DNA of 64,000 nt from an uncultured Francisellaceae bacterium. Lineage in GTDB: Bacteria > Pseudomonadota > Gammaproteobacteria > Francisellales > CACEW01. The position numbers and the translations under genes are program-made. The notes under the pieces are model-generated. The model saw nothing but the letters and a program-made list of their open reading frames with translations. It was not told the DNA's origin and searched no databases. The stretch covers positions 1,198 to 65,197 of the forward strand of contig CAJQSL010000019.1 of NCBI GenBank assembly GCA_905612315.1, written 5' to 3'. Below are positions 52,337 to 61,602 of this stretch, in pieces; positions within the stretch are counted from its first letter, which is position 1, and the number at the start of each line of letters is the position of its first letter.

Positions 52337-53671
52337 TTATTTGCGATCAAACTCCAATGCCACACCTTTAGCATCAGAAACAATCTGGCCATCCTTATAA
52401 ATAATATTCCCATTAACTAAAGTAGCTTTAATAGTTGATCGAAACTCTCGACCCACAAACGGGCTCCAACCGCATTTATAACGTAAAGACTCTTTAGTTA
52501 CGGTTTGTGGTTTATTTAAATCAACCAAAACAAGATCAGCCCAATATCCTTCTCTTATATAGCCTCTATTTTTAATTTGATATCTTTTCGCTACGTTATG
52601 CGATGTTTTATTAACTATTTTCTCTAAGCTAAATACGCCTTCATGATAAAACTCGAATAATTTTAATAACACATGTTGTACAAGCGGCAACCCAGATGGC
52701 GCTTTAAAATATTTTTGTTGTTTTTCATCCCAGGTGTGCGGCGCGTGATCTGTTGCAATAATATCTATAACATTTTCATTAACAGCTTTAATTAAAGCTT
52801 GTCTATCTTCTTTTAATTTAACCGATGGATTACATTTGATTTGCGAGCCTAAAGTTGCATAATCTCTTTTATCAAAACTTAAATGATGCACACAAACTTC
52901 AGCTGTTATTTTTTTATTATCTATCTCACCTTGAGTAAATAAAGCAAGCTCCTCTTTTGTAGTTAAATGTAAAACATGCAAATTACTGCCATGTTCTTTA
53001 GCTAATTTAACAGCTAAAGATGAAGATTTTATACAGGCCTCTCTTGACCTAATCTCAGCATGCTCCTCCATCGGGACATCTTCACCATATTTTTCAAAAG
53101 CCGCCTTCTCATTTTCTGTGATCATTGGAGTATCTTCACAATGAGTTGCTATTAAAACTGGGGAATGCTCGAATATTCCTGCTAAAACTTCTGGATCATC
53201 AACCAGCATATTCCCGGTAGAAGAACCCATAAAAACTTTTACCCCACAAACTAGGTTTGGGTCAATATTTTTAATATTTTCTAAATTATTATTAGTAGCT
53301 CCAAGATAAAAAGCATAATTTGCTAAAGATTTATCAGCTGCTAAATCCAATTTTTTTTGAATTTCTGCGGCACTATCTGTCACAGGATTTGTATTTGGCA
53401 TCTCCATGTAACTTGTAACACCACCTGCAACAGCTGCGGCAGCTTCTGTTTTAATTTCAGCTTTATGGGTTAAACCAGGTTCTCTAAAATGCACTTGATC
53501 ATCAATCATCCCGGGGAGTAAATGCAAACCTTTAGCATTAATCACCTCAGATGCACTTATATCAGATAAATCATCAGAGATTTTCTGAATCTTTCCATCT
53601 TTTACATAAACATCTTGTTGTTTTATAACACCTTCATTTACGATGCTTGCACCTTGAATAAGTATATCCAC
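52337..53671 (-). CDS. pyrC: Dihydroorotase (long amidohydrolase type)
   Basis: DDQVHFREPG, EMPNT, KVFMGSSTG, KCNP, IATDHAPH; GTG start. Confidence 0.93.
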   Translation of the reverse strand: MDILIQGASIVNEGVIKQQDVYVKDGKIQKISDDLSDISASEVINAKGLHLLPGMIDDQVHFREPGLTHKAEIKTEAAAAVAGGVTSYMEMPNTNPVTDSAAEIQKKLDLAADKSLANYAFYLGATNNNLENIKNIDPNLVCGVKVFMGSSTGNMLVDDPEVLAGIFEHSPVLIATHCEDTPMITENEKAAFEKYGEDVPMEEHAEIRSREACIKSSSLAVKLAKEHGSNLHVLHLTTKEELALFTQGEIDNKKITAEVCVHHLSFDKRDYATLGSQIKCNPSVKLKEDRQALIKAVNENVIDIIATDHAPHTWDEKQQKYFKAPSGLPLVQHVLLKLFEFYHEGVFSLEKIVNKTSHNVAKRYQIKNRGYIREGYWADLVLVDLNKPQTVTKESLRYKCGWSPFVGREFRSTIKATLVNGNIIYKDGQIVSDAKGVALEFDRK

Positions 53672-53758
53672 GCTAAACTCCTATAAAGTTATATCAAAAT
53701 TATATCTATCTTAAAAAACCAACTTAAACCAGTTTAGCATATAATTTAGAATACTTTA

Positions 53759-53807
53759 GCTAGAATAAAAAAAACACTCCGAGCCTTGCGGCTAAAGATG
53801 CAGGTGG
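53759..53807. repeat. Internally deleted copy C of the structured element
   Basis: GCTAGAATAAAAAAAACACTCCGAGCC...AAGATGCAGGTGG matches both halves of copy B; lies about 20 nt past the stop of 53827-54270. Confidence 0.7.
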
Positions 53808-53826
53808 TTCAGATGATACGGCCTAA

Positions 53827-54270
53827 CTACAATTTTTGGTAGGAACCTTCTTGTGTTAACGCACCAGAGCCATCTGCTGAATAAAATCGTATCGGTGTTG
53901 TATCAGTTACTAGTGTAATAGCACTGCTTGAATCTAATCGATATGCACCACCTCTTATACGATCTTTTTTACGACATTGTCCAACCAAATCACCTACTAG
54001 AAATAATATCGCGACGCCACAAATTACACAGAGGGCCAAAACTCCTCCGAAACAAGCAAGTTTATCCCGATAGTCATCACAATCCTTTTTATACTGCGGG
54101 GGCAAGCTCTCCCACTCTGACTCACAGATACTCAAGTAGCCCTGTTTCTTAAGTTTTTGTCTCAACGGCTCCTCCGCCGCCGCCGCGACTTTGGCATAGC
54201 ATACTGATGCGGCGAATGAGGAGACGGCAATAGTTGATAATAAGAATAATCTACATTTTGGTGGTAACAT
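53827..54270 (-). CDS. Orphan with signal peptide and one Cys-rich TM helix
   Basis: GAGGA SD; hydrophobic N-terminus; TM LACFGGVLALCVICGVAILFLVG; moderately raised GC. Confidence 0.75.
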   Translation of the reverse strand: MLPPKCRLFLLSTIAVSSFAASVCYAKVAAAAEEPLRQKLKKQGYLSICESEWESLPPQYKKDCDDYRDKLACFGGVLALCVICGVAILFLVGDLVGQCRKKDRIRGGAYRLDSSSAITLVTDTTPIRFYSADGSGALTQEGSYQKL

Positions 54271-54385
54271 TAGAACTTCCTCAAAAAAACCACCAGACTT
54301 TCGGAAACTGCTTTTAGAACAAATACTCTAATTGCCTGAATAGTTTAAATTATTATTTTTATTCAATCTGCGAATACAAAGATCA

Positions 54386-54444
54386 ATTATATAGATCAAA
54401 TAAAGATTAAATCAATATTAAATCAATATTAAATCAATATTAAG
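54386..54444 (-). promoter_or_regulatory. Four tandem PmrA-like boxes (11-bp period) plus TATAAT
   Basis: Minus strand cTTAATATT-ga-tTTAATATT-ga-tTTAATATT-ga-tTTAATcTT, then TATAAT 11 nt further. Confidence 0.6.
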
Positions 54445-54541
54445 AAAACAAATTATACCAGAATTTAAATTAGGTCACGGTGATTAATTAATAATATAGA
54501 TATGTAACCTGAAGCATATTTAGAATATATGCTAGAAATTA

Positions 54542-54708
54542 TGCTAGAATAAAAAAATACTCCGAGCCACCTGCAGCTTTTGAGCAAGATGCAGTTTTTG
54601 GACTGCATCGCAGGTGGGGAGTATTGTTAATACATAGCCTTGATTAGTGTCTTAATTGAGATTCTTAATTGAGATTCTTAATTGAGATTCCTAATTGAAG
54701 GACCATGC
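54542..54708. ncRNA. Conserved structured element, copy B
   Basis: Perfect stems AATACTCC/GGAGTATT, CCACCTGC/GCAGGTGG, GATGCAGT/ACTGCATC; TGCTAGAAT just before the stem on +; T-tract after the stem on -. Confidence 0.7.
54651..54698. repeat. 13-bp tandem repeat CTTAATTGAGATT x3 plus a partial copy
   Basis: Units start at 54651, 54664, 54677; partial at 54690. Confidence 0.95.
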
Positions 54709-54856
54709 GGGGCTATAGCTGTCCATTCTCTATCAAAGGAAACCGCGCGTGGCCAAGGCGTAATATTACATTGTACTGTTAGAAGCCCTAGCTCCTACGT
54801 GTATCCGTTCTGAAAATGACTTAGCCGTTAGCAGGATCCGATGTGGGTACATCGGG

Positions 54857-55303
54857 CTACACCATACCGTGGGTCGTATCCGTGGCTTGTCCTGCTAACT
54901 GAGCGACCTGCCCGTCGTTGTCGGCGAGGGGCGTGCCCTGTTGTTCCGCGCCCCTGCGCCAGTTATCGTACAACGCAAATGCGCGTTGGTGCACCCTGCT
55001 ATTTTGGTCGCAACACCGCCACCAGAGCCCAAAGAGTAGCGCCGAAGACCCGAGGATGAAGAATGGTGATCTAGCCGACAGGCTCCACGAGTTACGCGTA
55101 ACAATGCTAATGGTTATGCCCACCACAGCCACTACTCCCAGACTAAGGCCCACGGGGCAACCGGCCGGTGCAACGGCGCTCCGGCGCGCAGCGTTCCTCG
55201 CCGTAGCCTCCCCTTGGGTTCTATGAAGGCTTTTATAGGATTCCAGCAAATCCTTCGCCTGATCACCTTCTTTCATTTTTGTATAGTGCTCAATGCTGCT
55301 CAT
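54857..55303 (-). CDS. GC-rich orphan with two TM helices
   Basis: AGGAG SD; TMs VGLSLGVVAVVGITISIV and PFFILGSSALLFGLWW; GC-rich from just after the start. Confidence 0.75.
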   Translation of the reverse strand: MSSIEHYTKMKEGDQAKDLLESYKSLHRTQGEATARNAARRSAVAPAGCPVGLSLGVVAVVGITISIVTRNSWSLSARSPFFILGSSALLFGLWWRCCDQNSRVHQRAFALYDNWRRGAEQQGTPLADNDGQVAQLAGQATDTTHGMV

Positions 55304-55536
55304 ACCACTTCTCCTAATATCGTCTATTAAAAATTTATTATTATTTGGAAATTATCTATAACCGAAATTAACTTCCTGCAGGATAATTGCCAGTTTCATA
55401 GTTAACTTAGCGAACAGGACACTTAGACTCATGATCAAAAAATATCGCTATCTGCTCCGCTGCTAGTTCTATTTGTGATCCGTAAAATTGTTACATATCA
55501 CAATGTTTTCCTAAACATAATTAACTATTCACGTAC

Positions 55537-55570
55537 ATTATGACGCATCAAATATTAAGACTTTATTAAG
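55537..55570 (-). promoter_or_regulatory. PmrA-like tandem box plus -10
   Basis: Minus strand cTTAATAaa-gt-cTTAATATT-N8-CATAAT. Confidence 0.6.
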
Positions 55571-55707
55571 AAATATAAATAAAGTTAAAATAAGATCAGT
55601 TATGTTTATATCTACCTGCAATTCAACTGGTTACCGTATTCAATATATAAACACAAAGTATATGCAAATAGTTTATAATTACAATATAAAGGATTTAGAT
55701 TAAAAGG

Positions 55708-56124
55708 ATGTGCATCATGGGAACATCTATAAGCAAAAAAGTTATAGTACAACCAAATGTTGATTATTTAAGCAGCGAATCTTCGAGCGAAGAAGGCAGG
55801 TATGTCTGGAAATATCATATTCAAATTACCAATGATAGCCCTGAGACAATACAGCTTTTGAATCGACACTGGAAAATATATAACGATAATACCTTAATAG
55901 ATGAAGTATTTGGGCCGGGGGTTGTGGGGCTGCAACCTTTAATCTTGCCGAAAAAAAGTTTTGATTATGAAAGTTTTTGTATCTTAGATACCCCTACTGG
56001 CAAAATGATGGGGGTGTTTGAAATGCAAACTGTAGAGTGTGATCACTTTAAAGTAGAAATTCCTGACATTGACCTACTTGCTGATGATATCTCACCAGAT
56101 GATGGGTCTATCACATATAATTAG
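55708..56124 (+). CDS. apaG: ApaG family protein
   Basis: YHIQITN, QLLNRHWKI, EVFGPGVVGLQP, TPTGKMMG. Confidence 0.95.
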   Translation: MCIMGTSISKKVIVQPNVDYLSSESSSEEGRYVWKYHIQITNDSPETIQLLNRHWKIYNDNTLIDEVFGPGVVGLQPLILPKKSFDYESFCILDTPTGKMMGVFEMQTVECDHFKVEIPDIDLLADDISPDDGSITYN

Positions 56125-56247
56125 AATAAGCTTAAGTATTTCTCTATTTCTTTCAGGTAGTTACGAGAAAAGTTTCAATAAATACCACAAATAAGCATGG
56201 ATTTGTCAGCAGAATAAAAGTAAGCTATATTTAAGATACATATAGCC

Positions 56248-57138
56248 ATGAGATTATCTAAGATGCCGCAAAAACTTATAACCATAATAAAATTAATTAA
56301 AAAAATTGCTGCGCCTATTATTTGCCTAAGCTTATTAATATCAACAAATTCTTACGCTACTATAAAACCTGAAAATTCTGCAAACTCTAAAAATATAAGT
56401 CTAGAAACTCTTAAGCCATATTTTTTAAAAACCAAATTAATTGATGCTAAAGCTATGCAGCACACCGGGCATATTTTACCAACTGCACCAAAAGATGAGA
56501 AGTTCTATAAACCATTTAATATCTTTTTCGCAGCTGGAATAAACCCTAAGTCAAATAATAAATACGCATTAATAAATATTACTCATGATATAACTTATAA
56601 TACAAACTTAACGCCAAAGAACGCTGATGCGCTTGGTTATCTTATAAAAATCAACCAATTTGCAAAACCTATAAAAACATATGCCAATAACCTTGCGGTG
56701 TTTAAAGCTAATAGTCCTATAGATAACAATCAAAATAACCTTTACCAAATCCTGTTACCTACGGAAGTTATTCCTAGTTTAAATGATAATGGCGTATCAT
56801 CCATAAGCCTAAAAAAGCCCCTAGCTCTTCCTAATAACACAAAAATAATAGATATAATAAACCCGAATAGCGCCCACCCTTCTGTTATCCTAAATCATGG
56901 AAACAAATCTGGTATCCAAACAGGCATGAGCCTTATGAGTGCTAAATTTACAAAATGCAAAAAACCGCCGTGTTTGCCGAGCGTAGCTGAACATAGCACC
57001 ATTAATAAATCTATTTTAATTTATCAAACTACTGATGATTTATCTTTAGGGCTTATTATTGAAAATAATAAAAATCCAAAAATTAATAAAATTAATAAAA
57101 TTAATAAAATTAATATTGGTGATCCAATAATTATCTAA
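56248..57138 (+). CDS. Exported protein, probably a divergent homolog of the LysM-type protein usually found upstream of dprA
   Basis: Signal peptide, LKPYF, VILNHG...GIQTG, LSLGLI, IGD; no recognisable LysM repeat. Call rests mainly on synteny. Confidence 0.55.
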   Translation: MRLSKMPQKLITIIKLIKKIAAPIICLSLLISTNSYATIKPENSANSKNISLETLKPYFLKTKLIDAKAMQHTGHILPTAPKDEKFYKPFNIFFAAGINPKSNNKYALINITHDITYNTNLTPKNADALGYLIKINQFAKPIKTYANNLAVFKANSPIDNNQNNLYQILLPTEVIPSLNDNGVSSISLKKPLALPNNTKIIDIINPNSAHPSVILNHGNKSGIQTGMSLMSAKFTKCKKPPCLPSVAEHSTINKSILIYQTTDDLSLGLIIENNKNPKINKINKINKINIGDPIII

Positions 57139-57200
57139 TAGCTATCTAATAAAAATTGATTTACAAAAATAATAAAAATTAATTAAGAATAATAATAAAG

Positions 57201-58469
57201 ATGCATCAACTAGCAAAATATGAGGAGCAATTTTCACACCTTGCTCTTAGCCTAATCCCTGGTATTGGGCCAAAAACTTTTAAAAATATTAAAGATCTTT
57301 ACCAAAAAAAATATCAAGCTAATCCTCTTGAGCAGCTCTGGGATGATTTACGTAGAAAAAACACTCAGCTGCTTCCTCAAAGATTACAAAACATTTTAAA
57401 TAAAATAAATTTTTTAGAAATTGAGAAAGAAGCTCAAAAAGCACTAGAGTGGTCTGAACAAACTAATAATCATATAATTTTTAAAAATAACAAGCATTAC
57501 CCAAAATTACTTTTAGAAATATCTGACCCACCACCAGTTCTGTATGTAAAAGGTAATTTAGATATTTTAAATTACCCGCAAATTGCAATAGTTGGCGCTA
57601 GGGATATGAGTAGATATGGGCAAAAAAATGCAAGCGCATTTGCGAAAGCTCTCGCCCAAAGAAACATTGTCATAACAAGTGGCTTGGCGCGTGGTATAGA
57701 CACCACCGCTCATCAAAGCGCGGTTAACACTATTAGCAGAACAGGTAATTGTGTAGCCGTTATGGGAACGGGCCTAAATTATATTTATCCTAATCAAAAT
57801 AAAAAACTGGCTGAACAAATTTTGGACAAAAATGGAGCTTTGATATCAGAACTTCCTCTTGATACAAAGGTTAATAAAATAAATTTCCCCAGGCGCAATA
57901 GAATAATCAGCGCGATCAGTATTGCAACTTTGATAGTCGAGTGCTCAATTAAAAGCGGGTCTTTAATTACAGCTCGCTTTGCACTTGAACAAGACAAAGA
58001 AGTTTTTACTATTCCAGGGCCGATAGACCACCCCCTATCCCAAGGGCCACATAATTTAATTCAGCAAGGTGCAAAGTTAGTACAAAATATTAATGATATT
58101 CTTAATGAGATGCCATCATGGGGCAAAGATGCAATTAAAAAACATAACTTAGATCATAAAAAATCTATCGGTCCTACTGTTAATATTTCTGAGAATACCT
58201 CTGAGAACACCTCTGAGAATATTTCTCCTAATATTAATAAAAAAAATATTAAAAATAAATTAGTTACAAAAGATGATTTAAATAATAAAGAAAAACATCA
58301 TGTTTTGCTGTATATTGATTATGAAATAACCCCAATTGATGTTATTATAAGAAGAGTTGATATCCCGCTTTCTATGTTAAAACAACATATAATAACTCTA
58401 GAATTAGATGGCTGGATCAAGGCTTGCCCCGGTGGGTATATTAAATTAAAAGGCGTAGATGATGGCTAA
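57201..58469 (+). CDS. dprA: DNA-processing protein DprA
   Basis: YPKLL...DPPPVL, AIVGAR, TSGLARGID, FPRRNRIIS, SGSLITA. Confidence 0.97.
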   Translation: MHQLAKYEEQFSHLALSLIPGIGPKTFKNIKDLYQKKYQANPLEQLWDDLRRKNTQLLPQRLQNILNKINFLEIEKEAQKALEWSEQTNNHIIFKNNKHYPKLLLEISDPPPVLYVKGNLDILNYPQIAIVGARDMSRYGQKNASAFAKALAQRNIVITSGLARGIDTTAHQSAVNTISRTGNCVAVMGTGLNYIYPNQNKKLAEQILDKNGALISELPLDTKVNKINFPRRNRIISAISIATLIVECSIKSGSLITARFALEQDKEVFTIPGPIDHPLSQGPHNLIQQGAKLVQNINDILNEMPSWGKDAIKKHNLDHKKSIGPTVNISENTSENTSENISPNINKKNIKNKLVTKDDLNNKEKHHVLLYIDYEITPIDVIIRRVDIPLSMLKQHIITLELDGWIKACPGGYIKLKGVDDG

Positions 58470-58986
58470 AAAAAATCTAATTGAGTTACTAATCTCTATT
58501 ATAAGTGAAGTTATTGAACTCACTAAAGAGAATAAACTTACTGGATTAGAGCTAAAGAAAATTTTAAAAGAAGGTAATATCCCTCCCCATGAAGCTCAAG
58601 ATATTATTATGTGGTTTCAAAACTTTGCAAATGATAATAAAAACAAAAAAAGAAATATTAACAAAAAAAGAACCAGTGACTCTATTAGGCTATTCACCAC
58701 GGAAGAGAAAAGCAAAATACCAAGTTATTGTCTAAATAAACTTAATGAGCTTTGTTTATATAAAATTATAACTCCCGAAGATCGTGAATTAATTTTATTA
58801 CAAGCTATGGCTCTTAAGCAAAGTAAACTTACCGATGAGCACTTTCATTGGATTTGCCAAATGGTTATGGCTAATAATAAGAATAATGATAGTGATAACA
58901 AATCTGAGCTTGAAGATAAACTTAATACAAAAGATATTATTAGCTTTATTCTTCAAAGAGATAATATGGAAATTACCGCGCATTAA
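58459..58986 (+). CDS. smg: Smg (DUF494) family protein
   Basis: SIRLFTTEE, RELIL, terminal His; between dprA and topA. Confidence 0.75.
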   Translation: MMAKKNLIELLISIISEVIELTKENKLTGLELKKILKEGNIPPHEAQDIIMWFQNFANDNKNKKRNINKKRTSDSIRLFTTEEKSKIPSYCLNKLNELCLYKIITPEDRELILLQAMALKQSKLTDEHFHWICQMVMANNKNNDSDNKSELEDKLNTKDIISFILQRDNMEITAH

Positions 58987-59134
58987 GCATACAAACAAGA
59001 TACAAACAGAACTTTTTCTCTGTACAACTTGCATTTTTGATATTAGTATCCATTCTCGTAGAAAATAACTGTATTGAAAAATCATCTATAGTTAACAATA
59101 GTATTTATTTAAGCCAGGATAGGATAAAGCAAAA

Positions 59135-61492
59135 ATGAGCACCAAACTTGTTATAGTAGAGTCACCCGCCAAAGCCAAAACCATTGAAAAATACCTTGGA
59201 AAGGACTACCAGGTCCTTGCATCATATGGCCATGTTAGAGATTTAATCGGCAAAAAAGGCGCAGTCGACCCTGATAATAATTTCCATATGGAATATGACC
59301 TAATAGAAAGAAACAAGCCTCATGTAACAAATATTCTAAAAGCCTTAAAAAATAAAGACACTCTCCTGCTAGCAACCGATCCGGATCGTGAAGGAGAAGC
59401 AATTTCATGGCATTTATATGAATACCTAAAAGAGAAAAAAGCTCTAAAAAATATTGAAGTTAAACGAGTTGCGTTTCATGAGATAACTAAAAAGGCCATT
59501 CTTCGCGCTATTGATAATAGTCGTGAAATAGCGATGGATCTTGTTGATGCACAGCAAGCCAGGCGCGCTTTGGATTATCTCGTAGGTTTTAATTTATCAC
59601 CATTATTATGGAAAAAGATTAAGCAAGGCTTATCTGCAGGTCGCGTACAAAGCCCGGCTTTGCGCCTAATTGTTGAGCGAGAAGCTGAGATTGAGAAGTT
59701 TGAATCCCAAGAATACTGGCATATCGAATCTCACCTTGATAAAAGCAACAGTAACTTTATCGCCAAACTTACTCATTATAAGGATGAGAAGTTATCTCAA
59801 TTTTCCATAACAAATGAAGATCAAGCTAATAAAATACATGATGATCTAAAAAAGCAAAGTTTTATCAATGACCCAAGTTGCGCTACCTTAAAAGTTGAAA
59901 AGATCGACAAAAAACAACGTAAGCGTCAGCCATCAGCGCCATTTATCACATCAACTTTACAACAAGAAGCTGCACGTAAACTAGGATTTTCCGCTAAAAG
60001 AACCATGATGTGCGCGCAACAACTTTATGAAGGCATAAGTTTAGGCGGTGAGAATATTGGTTTAATTACTTATATGAGAACCGACTCGATAAATCTATCG
60101 CAAGATGCAATAACTAGTATTCGAGAGCATATTCAAAAAACTTATGGCCAAAATGAAATCCCAGAAACCCCAAGGGTTTTCAAAACCAAATCTAAAAATG
60201 CTCAAGAGGCTCACGAGGCAATTAGGCCAACAGATATATCACTCCAGCCTAAAAATATTGCAGCGCATTTATCGGCGGATCAACTAAAACTTTATGAGCT
60301 AATTTACAAACGCACTTTAGCATCACAAATGATCCATGCAACTTTAGATACAGTGGCTATAGATCTTAGTTGTGGAGCGAGTAATTTATTTAGAGCGACC
60401 GGCTCAACAATTAAACATCCAGGTTTTATGGCAGTTTATCTTGAAGGAAAAGATGACACCAAAGCAGATGATCATGATGATAGCAAAGAAAAACTCCTAC
60501 CTGAGATGGAAATTGGTGAACTAATACCGCTTGATAAGATATTATGTGAGCAGCATTTTACCGAGCCTCCACCTAGATTTTCTGAGGCATCTTTAATTAA
60601 ATCTTTAGAAGAATTTGGCATTGGCCGCCCTTCTACTTATGCAAGCATTATCTCAACTTTACAAAATAGAGAATATGCAACTATTGATCAAAAAAGATTT
60701 TATCCATCTGACATTGGCAGAATCGTAAATAAATTTTTAACTGATTATTTTGCCAAATATATAGATTATGACTTCACCGCAAAATTAGAAGATGAACTCG
60801 ATGCGATCTCTCGCGGGGAGAAAAAATGGATTCCTTTAATGGAAGAATTTTGGAAACCTTTTATTGCGCTTATTGAAAAAAATGATGCCGAAGTTTCTAG
60901 AGAAGATGTCAATAAACCTATTATTTTAGGCGAAGACCCTAAAGGCAATGTTGTTAGTGCAAGGCTAGGCAGATATGGGCCATTTGTACAAATTGGTGAA
61001 AAGGACGATGAAAAAAATCCTCCAAAATATGCCAGCATCAGAAAAGGCCAGAGCATGCTTGATATCACACTTGAGCAAGCTATGGAATTATTTAAACTTC
61101 CTCGAGTTTTAGGGCAAATGCCAGAAGGTAATTTTACCGGGCAAAATATTGAAGCTAATATTGGAAGATTTGGCCCGTATGTTAAATATGGCCCGAAAAA
61201 CTTTGTATCTATAAAAGGCGAGCTTGATCCTCACACAATCACACTTGATGAGGCAATGGAGCTAGTTGAAGCTAAAATCAAATTTGATGCTGAAAAACTA
61301 ATTCAAGATTTCCCTGAAGCTAAAATACAAGTATTAAACGGAAGATACGGCCCTTATATAACAGATGGCAAGAAAAATGCCAAAATCCCTAAAGATACTG
61401 ACCCTAAATCTCTTAGTTTAGATAGGTGTAAAGAGCTAATTGCGGAGGCTCCAGCAAAAGGTGCTAGGCGCGGTCGAGCTAAGAAAAAATGA
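59135..61492 (+). CDS. topA: DNA topoisomerase I
   Basis: VIVESPAKA, ATDPDREGE, SAGRVQS, LITYMRTDS; C-terminal GRYGP/GRFGP repeats instead of zinc ribbons. Confidence 0.99.
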   Translation: MSTKLVIVESPAKAKTIEKYLGKDYQVLASYGHVRDLIGKKGAVDPDNNFHMEYDLIERNKPHVTNILKALKNKDTLLLATDPDREGEAISWHLYEYLKEKKALKNIEVKRVAFHEITKKAILRAIDNSREIAMDLVDAQQARRALDYLVGFNLSPLLWKKIKQGLSAGRVQSPALRLIVEREAEIEKFESQEYWHIESHLDKSNSNFIAKLTHYKDEKLSQFSITNEDQANKIHDDLKKQSFINDPSCATLKVEKIDKKQRKRQPSAPFITSTLQQEAARKLGFSAKRTMMCAQQLYEGISLGGENIGLITYMRTDSINLSQDAITSIREHIQKTYGQNEIPETPRVFKTKSKNAQEAHEAIRPTDISLQPKNIAAHLSADQLKLYELIYKRTLASQMIHATLDTVAIDLSCGASNLFRATGSTIKHPGFMAVYLEGKDDTKADDHDDSKEKLLPEMEIGELIPLDKILCEQHFTEPPPRFSEASLIKSLEEFGIGRPSTYASIISTLQNREYATIDQKRFYPSDIGRIVNKFLTDYFAKYIDYDFTAKLEDELDAISRGEKKWIPLMEEFWKPFIALIEKNDAEVSREDVNKPIILGEDPKGNVVSARLGRYGPFVQIGEKDDEKNPPKYASIRKGQSMLDITLEQAMELFKLPRVLGQMPEGNFTGQNIEANIGRFGPYVKYGPKNFVSIKGELDPHTITLDEAMELVEAKIKFDAEKLIQDFPEAKIQVLNGRYGPYITDGKKNAKIPKDTDPKSLSLDRCKELIAEAPAKGARRGRAKKK

Positions 61493-61602
61493 TAAAAAAT
61501 AAGAAAATCTTATAAATTTAATCTATAATTACTGCATATAAAAACTATTTCAATTTATATATAACTTGTCATTATTTATTAAATATTTTAGGGGTTGAGA
61601 TC

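Noticed and set aside
53821-53827. Integron attC interpretation of the shared element (GCCTAAC/GTTAGGC at an orphan stop)
   Set aside because: Only one core-like heptamer; copies A and B lack paired RYYYAAC...GTTRRRY ends and no integrase is seen.
54841-55226. Alternative overlapping ORFs in the GC-rich island
   Set aside because: No SD; 54857-55303 has AGGAG and matches the compositional boundary.
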